Under the pieces are notes generated by a model. It saw only the letters and a list, made by a program, of their open reading frames with translations. It made no database searches and was not told where the DNA came from. Of a DNA stretch of 64,000 bases, positions 57,285 to 64,000 are shown in pieces (the stretch's first letter is position 1; each line of letters opens with the position of its first letter). The stretch lies in the IMG/VR virus record IMGVR_UViG_3300031996_000002. One strand, 5' to 3'. The stretch comes from an uncultured virus (IMG/VR IMGVR_UViG_3300031996_000002) (taxonomy: Duplodnaviria > Heunggongvirae > Uroviricota > Caudoviricetes). Both the position numbers and the translations under genes were made by a program.

Positions 57285-60199
57285 CAGTCCTCGTCAGGGT
57301 CGACACCGAGCTGCTTGAGGTGCCCGCGCACCAGGGTCGCGTCGGTGGGCTTCAGCTCGTCCAGGGCGTCCTGGATGTCGCGGTTCATCATCGCCTTGTC
57401 CAGGGCCCCGCTCTTGTGGTCACCCAGGGCCCGGGCGATCACGTTGTAGACCCCGGCCACGTCCTTGTTGCCGCCCTTGGCCGCCGCGCCAGCGGCCTCG
57501 CGGAACTTGGACTGGGCAACCCCCAGCACGTCGCTCACCGTGGGGTTGAAGTTGGTGTTGCCGAGCTGGCTGGTCTGGGCCGGGGTCTCCTGGGGCTGCT
57601 TGCTGCGCACCGCCAGGTCCTTGCCCGACGCCTGCGACGAGGCGCTGTCCAGGTTGTCCAGGTTGGCCTGCAGCCTGCGCAGCCGGTGCAAGGCCTCGGA
57701 CTGCTTGAGGATGGCCTTGGCCCGCTTCTCCGCCTCCGAGCCACCACGGTTGGCCACGCTCATGACGCTGCGGATCTGCTCGGCGGTGGCGCCGTACCCG
57801 GCAGCCTTGGCCGCGAAGGACTCATCCAGCCCCTGGCGCAGGGCGTGGCCCATGTAGCCGTACATGGCGGCCAGCTTGCCCAGCTCCTCCTGGGTCTTGT
57901 CCCCGGGCTGGACGTTGAACAGCGCGCCAGGAGCCACCCGGCGCCACTCCGCTTCGATCTCCGGTGCGTTGGCGGCACCGGAATACCCGACCCGCCTGCC
58001 CTTGTCGCTGTCGAAGGCGAACGGGGTCTTGGGGTTCTCGGCAGCCTTGGCCTCGTCGTACATCGACCCGCCGCGCATGGCCTCGACGGCCACGAACAGA
58101 GCCCGGGCCTTCTCGTGCACGTCGGCGTGCTTGGGGTCGCCCTCGATCTTGGTCTGGACGTTGTTGAGCTCGTCCATCAGCTCCTGGCGCTTGGTGGCGT
58201 TGTTCGCGATGGAGTCGAAGTCGTCCCCGGCAGCCCGAGTGATGATCGGCGGCAGCTCATCGAAGTTGCTCTGGTAGAGCTTGGCCAGCTTCTGCAGCGA
58301 CTCGTTGCCGCGGGTCTGGGCCTGGCCCTGGGCGATCTGCTCGCGCAGCTTGGCCTCTCGCGCCAGGGGGTTCTTGGCGTCCTCGGCGTTCTCCTGCTCC
58401 ACCGGGGTCAGCCGTGCACCACCGGCGTGGGCCCGCTCGGGGTTGTTGGCCCAGTTGGCGTAGTTGAGCCGGTCGGCGCTGATCTTCTTGCGCCCGGTGA
58501 TCGTGTCGTCGAAGTAGCCCTCCTTGGCACCCTCGGGACGGATGTACCGCGGCTTGACGTAGCCCTTGTCGGTCTCGTTGGTGAACGGGTCCTCGACGGT
58601 GCCGTGCTCGGGGTCGCGGTGCTTGTACTCGACGTTGGCGATGTAGTACGGGAACTGCTCACGCAGCGCCTCCATGGACGCCGCGTAGCCCTCCCCGTCG
58701 AGCCGGTAGTTGCGCTGGGCCTTCTTGTCCAGCGCCGCGCTGATCAGCTCGCTGCGGGCGATCTTGTACTTGCGCTCGTCGTCGTCGTTGTCCTTGCGCG
58801 CCCGGGCATCGATGTCGGCCAGCTCGGCCTTGGTCAAGGTGGGACGGCTCTTGTACTCGTCCTCGCGCTCCTTGATCAGGTCCTCCAGCTCGGTGGAGGG
58901 CATCCCGAAGCCCGCGTACTCACCCTCCACCTGGTCGCGGATCTCGGCCCGCTCCTCGGGGGACAGCGACCGGCGGCTGACCGTCTCGGACTTCACCGCA
59001 TCCAGGGTCGAGGCGTAGCGGCTCACCATCTGGGCGGCCTTGTCGTTGTAGCGACGGCCGCCGCGGAAGTCGTCCTCGAAGTTGATCGTGAAGATCCCAG
59101 AGCGGCTGACCACCGTGACGGATCGAGCGCCAGACACCAACCCCGTGTAGATGTCTTCGGTGGTCAGCCCGCCCTGGGACCGGGAGCGCACATAGTGCCC
59201 TCCCTGTAGGCCCTTCAGATTCTTCAGGTTGAAGGGCAGGTAGTGGTCGTCGGCGTACCCCACGGCCTGAGTGATGATCTTGCCATCGGCATTGATGATC
59301 ACGCCTTCGGAGGGCGGGATCTTGCCGCTGGCCTGCTGCAGCTTGGTCCACTTCTTCTTGGGCAGACGCTCCATGAGGTAGCCCGCGGCGGCCCGCTGCG
59401 AGGCGTGGGTACGCATCGCCGGGGTGAGCTCGTCGGTCTCGTCGTAGCGCATCAGGTTCTTGGAGTTGGTGTTGGCCGCCTGGATCAACGCGCTGTCCGG
59501 GGTGCGCTCGGTGCCGCGGTAGCGGTAGGCGGTGCGGCGCAGGTGCGGACCGACCACCTTCTCGGCCTCCGGGCCGTACTTGCCGAAGAACCCGGCCACC
59601 CCGGTGGCGGCCTGCATCTTGGGCCCGCCCACCCCGTGCAGGGCCTGGGACCCGGCGGCGATCCGGTCGTAGGTGCGCTTGTTGGTCGAGGCGTACAGCG
59701 GGTCGGACTTGTTCCAGGAGTCCTGGAAGGCGGTGGTGCGCCCACCGGTCTCGGCCAGTGCCGAGGTGAGGTTGAACTCCGGGCCGACCATGACGTTGCC
59801 GCGCTGGTACTTCTTGCCCTTGGGGGTCTTGCCCTGCTTCTCCCGGGAGATGGACACCGACCAGCGGCCGCCCTTCCCGCGGGGCTGCTCGCGGTGGTAG
59901 AGCTCCTCGTAGGGGGTGCTGCCCTTGGACACCACACCCACCACCGCAGCGGCCTGCTTGGCCCCGTCGACGGCTCCCTTGGAGACCAGCGAGACGGCGG
60001 CCTTGGCCACGGTGTCGGCCAGCCGCTTGTGCACCGCGGCGGTGTGCCGCTCCAGGGTGCGCCGGTTGGCCTCGATGTCAGCCATCAAGGTGTCGTAGGT
60101 GGCCAGCCGCATGAACATCTCGGCCTCATCTGCATCCATCTTCGACACGATGCTGCGCACCTTGGCCGCAAACTGCGCGTTGTAGAACTCGTCCATCAA
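57284..60199 (-). CDS. large putative head/ejection protein
   Basis: AGGAGG RBS before TTG; five VxK motifs in the first ~95 aa then QPRGKGGRW; coupled to MuF by TGATG. Confidence 0.65.
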   Translation of the reverse strand: MMDEFYNAQFAAKVRSIVSKMDADEAEMFMRLATYDTLMADIEANRRTLERHTAAVHKRLADTVAKAAVSLVSKGAVDGAKQAAAVVGVVSKGSTPYEELYHREQPRGKGGRWSVSISREKQGKTPKGKKYQRGNVMVGPEFNLTSALAETGGRTTAFQDSWNKSDPLYASTNKRTYDRIAAGSQALHGVGGPKMQAATGVAGFFGKYGPEAEKVVGPHLRRTAYRYRGTERTPDSALIQAANTNSKNLMRYDETDELTPAMRTHASQRAAAGYLMERLPKKKWTKLQQASGKIPPSEGVIINADGKIITQAVGYADDHYLPFNLKNLKGLQGGHYVRSRSQGGLTTEDIYTGLVSGARSVTVVSRSGIFTINFEDDFRGGRRYNDKAAQMVSRYASTLDAVKSETVSRRSLSPEERAEIRDQVEGEYAGFGMPSTELEDLIKEREDEYKSRPTLTKAELADIDARARKDNDDDERKYKIARSELISAALDKKAQRNYRLDGEGYAASMEALREQFPYYIANVEYKHRDPEHGTVEDPFTNETDKGYVKPRYIRPEGAKEGYFDDTITGRKKISADRLNYANWANNPERAHAGGARLTPVEQENAEDAKNPLAREAKLREQIAQGQAQTRGNESLQKLAKLYQSNFDELPPIITRAAGDDFDSIANNATKRQELMDELNNVQTKIEGDPKHADVHEKARALFVAVEAMRGGSMYDEAKAAENPKTPFAFDSDKGRRVGYSGAANAPEIEAEWRRVAPGALFNVQPGDKTQEELGKLAAMYGYMGHALRQGLDESFAAKAAGYGATAEQIRSVMSVANRGGSEAEKRAKAILKQSEALHRLRRLQANLDNLDSASSQASGKDLAVRSKQPQETPAQTSQLGNTNFNPTVSDVLGVAQSKFREAAGAAAKGGNKDVAGVYNVIARALGDHKSGALDKAMMNRDIQDALDELKPTDATLVRGHLKQLGVDPDED

Positions 60200-60226
60200 C
60201 AGACCTCCTGGGTCTATCTTCTCGGG

Positions 60227-60433
60227 TCAGTCCTCCCAGGCGATGGTGGTGGCTCCGCCATGGCCGTGAATGGCCTGCACATCCTCGATCCCAGGCCAGA
60301 TCACGGTGGAGGACCGCTCCCCTCGCCAGCGCACCACCACCTGCCCGTCGCGGAACTGCACCCCGTCGGCCACGATCCCGGTCCCGGAGATCCCCGAGGG
60401 ATCGCGGTGGCGGACCAGGTGGAAGCGACGCAT
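60227..60433 (-). CDS. conserved small phage protein
   Basis: F.L.R..D.SG.SGTG.VA.GV.F.DG.V..RW...IHGHGG.T motif. Confidence 0.7.
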   Translation of the reverse strand: MRRFHLVRHRDPSGISGTGIVADGVQFRDGQVVVRWRGERSSTVIWPGIEDVQAIHGHGGATTIAWED

Positions 60434-60684
60434 CAGAACTTGCCGCCGGTGACGAAGTGCAACACCAGCCAAGCCATGAAGGCCAGCAGGGCGAAGCGCC
60501 TCAGTCGTAGGCCCACCGTCCTGGGACGCTTGCCGTCATCCTTGGAGCCCGCCTGGGGGATGGCGAACCACTTCCAGACGTGCTCGGACAGGGTGTCCCC
60601 GTTGACCTTGTTGGTCAGCGCGAAGCCCTCCTCGACCGCGAACGCCGCGACCCAGAGCAGCCAGCCGACCGTCCACAGGCTCAT
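60433..60684 (-). CDS. 2-TM membrane protein (lysis-associated)
   Basis: W..W...F...E..AL......TLSEHVW...W...HF pattern; follows the holin. Confidence 0.6.
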   Translation of the reverse strand: MSLWTVGWLLWVAAFAVEEGFALTNKVNGDTLSEHVWKWFAIPQAGSKDDGKRPRTVGLRLRRFALLAFMAWLVLHFVTGGKF

Positions 60685-60920
60685 GCCGGTGGCTGCACTG
60701 ACTCTTGCTGGTGCTCGGCCTGGGGGTCCTTGTTGGGTACCGACCAGACGACGCTGGCGGTCACCACACCGGTGAGCAGCGAGACCAGCCACTCGGTGCC
60801 GGTGATGGTGCTGCCTCCCGGCGTGCCGTTCTGGGTGGCCGCGATGAGCGAGCTGGCAACCGGGGCAACGAAGCCGACGATGGCCTTGGCGTAGGGCAGG
60901 ATCTGGTCGACCTTGGACAT
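60681..60920 (-). CDS. holin
   Basis: two TM helices, YAKAIV...EWL...VW.VPN; directly after endolysin. Confidence 0.7.
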   Translation of the reverse strand: MSKVDQILPYAKAIVGFVAPVASSLIAATQNGTPGGSTITGTEWLVSLLTGVVTASVVWSVPNKDPQAEHQQESVQPPA

Positions 60921-61760
60921 CTAGAACGCTCCGGTGTTGAGCCGCCGCTGCAGGGCGGAGATGGTGACCGGACCGGCGATGCCGTCCGGGGTGACCTTGA
61001 GGCGGCGCTGGACGCCCTTCCAGGTGACCGGCCCCAAGATGCCGTCCACGCTGACCCCCACGACCTTCTGGACCGCCCTGATCAGCAGGCTGGGCCGGGA
61101 GATGACCCCGTCGACCGGGGTGTGCAGGATCTGCTGCCAGCGAGCGATGGTGCGCACCCCCAGGATCCCGTCCACGGTCAGCTGGGCCACGAACGGCTTG
61201 GCCGGGTACTTGGGCTTGGCCGGGGTCGGCGGGGTGGCGGGCAGGTTGGCGTGCACCAGGGTCAGGAAGAAGTTGACCGGGAAGTTCGGGCCCGGGTCCC
61301 AGTGGGTGGAGCGCTTGAACACCCGGGACACCTGGACGTGGGTGGTGATGCCCTTGGTCTTGCCATCGGCCAGCTGGGCGTCGGTCAGGTAGGAGGCCGG
61401 GATCTTGTAGGCGGCACACCAGTTGGCCACCTCGATGGCCCCCCGGGTCAGGATCGCCTGGGAGGACGCGTCGTCCCACTGCCCGGTGGTCTGCCCGGCT
61501 CGACCGGCCATCTCCAGCTGCAGCCCATCGGCGTTGGCTCCCGGGGCGGCCCAGGCGGTGTCGTTGTCGTCCACGTAGCGACAGGTGGAGTCGGTGTCCA
61601 CGCCCAGGTGCGCGCTGGCCTGGGTGGTGGGCTTGGCGAAGTAGTTGCCCACCGCCTCGGCGACCGAGCCGTCCTCGTCGGTCTCCATGGTGTGCAGCAC
61701 GATCACCCGGATCGGGGAGATCCGGCCCTCGTACTTGTTGGGGCTGTAGATCGTGCTCAT
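60921..61760 (-). CDS. endolysin: N-acetylmuramoyl-L-alanine amidase with peptidoglycan-binding repeats
   Basis: IVLHT.E, ASAH, AWAA..AN, H.DPG..F motifs; repeated [VP]DG.[LA]G..T C-terminal repeats. Confidence 0.9.
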   Translation of the reverse strand: MSTIYSPNKYEGRISPIRVIVLHTMETDEDGSVAEAVGNYFAKPTTQASAHLGVDTDSTCRYVDDNDTAWAAPGANADGLQLEMAGRAGQTTGQWDDASSQAILTRGAIEVANWCAAYKIPASYLTDAQLADGKTKGITTHVQVSRVFKRSTHWDPGPNFPVNFFLTLVHANLPATPPTPAKPKYPAKPFVAQLTVDGILGVRTIARWQQILHTPVDGVISRPSLLIRAVQKVVGVSVDGILGPVTWKGVQRRLKVTPDGIAGPVTISALQRRLNTGAF

Positions 61761-63151
61761 CGGATTCTCCGGATCGCGTCGGGCGGACACTTGCGCAGGC
61801 GACCACGCCTCTGTCCTGAGGATCCGGCCACGTGCAACTCACTCGGATCCGGGCCCATCTTGGAGACCTCCGAACGGATGCCATCCCAGGGCTGGTAGGA
61901 CTTGTTCACCTTGTGGTCTCGATAGGCCGCGACGCCCACACCAGCTCCTACGGTGCCGCCCGCGGCATACCGGATGGCTCGGTTCCGGCGCTTGCGTCGC
62001 CTCCAGTCGACGTACTGGTTGCCGTGGAACGCATCACCGGGAGTGCCAAAGTCCGGCTTGGGCTCAGGGGCCTTGTATCCCCAGGCCGGGGAGTAGAAGT
62101 GTTGGCCCGGACCCAGTCTCTTGTCGTCCTCCGTCTTGATCCGTGCGCCCCGAGCGATGGCGATTTTGTCCTGGACCATGCGGTAGTCACCGGCTTCCCG
62201 GGGGCTGAGACCTGAGCCAACGAGATGAGAAAGCATCTGGTACCCCGGGTCGGAGGCCGCCGCCGCGTATCCGCTGTGGGCGCTCGCTTCGCCCGCACCA
62301 GGCTGGATGCGGAAGTAGGACGCCCCGGTCATGTCGGCCCTGGCCTCCTCGCTGCCCCGCTTGCCGTTGAGGTGGTTCTGGAAGGTACGGTACGAGGAGC
62401 GCTTGGGGGTCAGATGGGCTATCTCGTGGGCCAGGGTCTGCGCGTCGGTGTCAGCGGGGGCAACGATGTAGCGTTCGCCCCGGCGACCGCCCAAGGTCAC
62501 GGCGTAGGCAAGAGCGTTGCGGTCGATCTTCCCCGGATTGGCCTGGATGAGGGTGATCTTCCCGCGCTTGGTCTGGATGGTCCGAGTCGGCTGGCCCTCG
62601 TGGATGTTGATCGCATCCCGCATGCTGCTCAGGTACCGGCGATAGGTCACGGCGTTGTTGGGGTCCACCTCGCCGGTGGCCGTGTTGAACCGGATCCGCT
62701 GCTTGCCCTTCTTGCCCATCCGGGTGGCCTCATAGCCATGGGAAGAGCGCAGCTTGGCGCCTCGACGCAGCGCTTCAGCGCCCGCCTCCGTGGCCTTGAC
62801 GTACCCCTGGCCGGGGATGAAGGACTTGGCCACCGCCGGGCGCAGCCGCCCCTGTCCGCTGGCGGTCTCGCGGATCAGCTTGTCCTTGTCGTTGAGGCTG
62901 GACACGTCGTAGGAGACGCTGCGGATGGTCTCGGCCGCCTTGGTGCGTCCGGTGGTGATCACCTTGGAGCCCACCCGCTTGACGGTGGGCAGGTGCCGAT
63001 CCACCAGAGGCCGCGGGGTGGGCTTGCGCCGCTTGGCGGCATACGGCTCGACCCGGTCGGCCACCCGGGAGAGCTTGACCGTCCAGTGCGCCCCAGCCAC
63101 GTGTGGGATGTCCCGTGGGGCCATCTTCTCCACACCCAGGTCGTCATTCAC
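61757..63151 (-). CDS. basic modular protein with HExxH metallopeptidase-like domain (putative head cargo)
   Basis: TLAHEIAH...EEARAD; FHGNQY; VEKM, VAKS, VNKS, VSKM; C-terminal Gly-rich helix. Confidence 0.65.
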   Translation of the reverse strand: MNDDLGVEKMAPRDIPHVAGAHWTVKLSRVADRVEPYAAKRRKPTPRPLVDRHLPTVKRVGSKVITTGRTKAAETIRSVSYDVSSLNDKDKLIRETASGQGRLRPAVAKSFIPGQGYVKATEAGAEALRRGAKLRSSHGYEATRMGKKGKQRIRFNTATGEVDPNNAVTYRRYLSSMRDAINIHEGQPTRTIQTKRGKITLIQANPGKIDRNALAYAVTLGGRRGERYIVAPADTDAQTLAHEIAHLTPKRSSYRTFQNHLNGKRGSEEARADMTGASYFRIQPGAGEASAHSGYAAAASDPGYQMLSHLVGSGLSPREAGDYRMVQDKIAIARGARIKTEDDKRLGPGQHFYSPAWGYKAPEPKPDFGTPGDAFHGNQYVDWRRRKRRNRAIRYAAGGTVGAGVGVAAYRDHKVNKSYQPWDGIRSEVSKMGPDPSELHVAGSSGQRRGRLRKCPPDAIRRIR

Positions 63152-63429
63152 GTCTTCGTCCTGTGCTTTCGGGGGTTGGAGGGATGGTCGTCAAAGCTCT
63201 TGGCGAACCGGTTGGCATACCGGGCGCCGAACCACAGCCAGGAGCCGGTGAAGAAGAAGACCAGGGAGAACACCGCGGACACCCAGACCCACCAGCTGGG
63301 CACCGAGGCGTCGGAGGCGATCCGCAGCGCATCAGAGCCGCGGACCACCCCCTGGATCCAGAAGGCTCCGGCCAACACGCGCAGCGCGACGATGAGCACG
63401 TGAATCAAGCGGTACTGGTCGGAGCTCAT
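63148..63429 (-). CDS. 2-TM membrane protein
   Basis: two hydrophobic helices; overlaps the downstream start. Confidence 0.55.
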   Translation of the reverse strand: MSSDQYRLIHVLIVALRVLAGAFWIQGVVRGSDALRIASDASVPSWWVWVSAVFSLVFFFTGSWLWFGARYANRFAKSFDDHPSNPRKHRTKT

Positions 63430-63432
63430 GGA

Positions 63433-64000
63433 TCAACCGCAGAGTGAGGACTTGGCGGTGCCCACGATGCAGGTCTGCTGCATGGTCAGGAACGCGTCGT
63501 CCTCCCAGGCCTGCCAGAAGTCGGCGTGCATCGAGGCGCCGTTGGTGGTGTTGGCCATGGCGTCGGAGGTGACCGCCAGGTACTGCACCGGGACCTTGTC
63601 CGGGTTGGGGAACTGGATGGTCTCGCGCAGCTGGAGCATCTTGCGCGGGAAGGCGGAGGGGCAGACCCAGTTCTTGCCGCTCTTGACCGGGTAGGCGTAG
63701 TGGGCGTTGTCCCGGGTGTCCCCGGTGTCGCTGGCACTGTGGGTGGGCTTGACGCCATCCCAGCAGGACGGGAAGTTGATGTGCGCGGTGAGCACGTAGC
63801 CCGCCTTCTGGGACAGGTTGGAGCAGTCCGGGATGGTGGCGGTGCTGCCGGTGCCGGAGAACTGCCCGCAGGACCAGCCGTGCGCCCCGGGGGAGACCGA
63901 GGTCTGCGGGGCCACCAGGCGGGTGTCCGGCGGGAACAGCTCGGCGCTGGAGGCCGGGCCGTGGCTCTTGCCATCGAAGGTGCGGTAGTAGGCGGTGAAG
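63433..64000 (-). CDS. DUF1996-like protein (5' end outside window)
   Basis: INFPSCWDG, H.AYP, CP..FP, MHADF..AW motifs; frame appears open to the window edge. Confidence 0.75.
   Translation of the reverse strand, partial: FTAYYRTFDGKSHGPASSAELFPPDTRLVAPQTSVSPGAHGWSCGQFSGTGSTATIPDCSNLSQKAGYVLTAHINFPSCWDGVKPTHSASDTGDTRDNAHYAYPVKSGKNWVCPSAFPRKMLQLRETIQFPNPDKVPVQYLAVTSDAMANTTNGASMHADFWQAWEDDAFLTMQQTCIVGTAKSSLCG

Overview
A partial genome of a high-GC, tailed (siphovirus-like) bacteriophage, most likely infecting an actinobacterium. No terminase or portal gene is visible, so the window is not the whole genome. Layout: (1) a leftward replication operon at 140-8750 (Cas4/RecB-like nuclease, HNH, DnaE polymerase, SSB, primase, DnaB-like helicase); (2) rightward early genes at about 8.9-18.6 kb and 23.8-32.1 kb behind sigma70/SigA-like promoters; (3) a displaced leftward tail-fibre cassette at 18.6-23.8 kb; (4) the leftward virion operon from 32.2 kb (tail tip, tape measure, frameshifted chaperone, tube, neck, capsid, scaffold, XkdF-like prohead protease, MuF, lysis genes). 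The most striking feature is in the head module. Several basic, mostly Gly/Ala-rich proteins there are punctuated by the same [VI]-x-K motif that recurs in the scaffold and protease, and some share SVWGVDH or RDxxG[RQ]F/FHGNQY-type motifs. This suggests a capsid-cargo system of protease-processed polyproteins (inference, not demonstrated). Other points of interest are a promoter-driven structured RNA of about 100 nt, a hairpin-dense non-coding stretch near 12.4-12.7 kb, an inverted three-gene membrane cassette and a DUF1996-like gene. Family names are from motif recognition by eye; no database searches were run.
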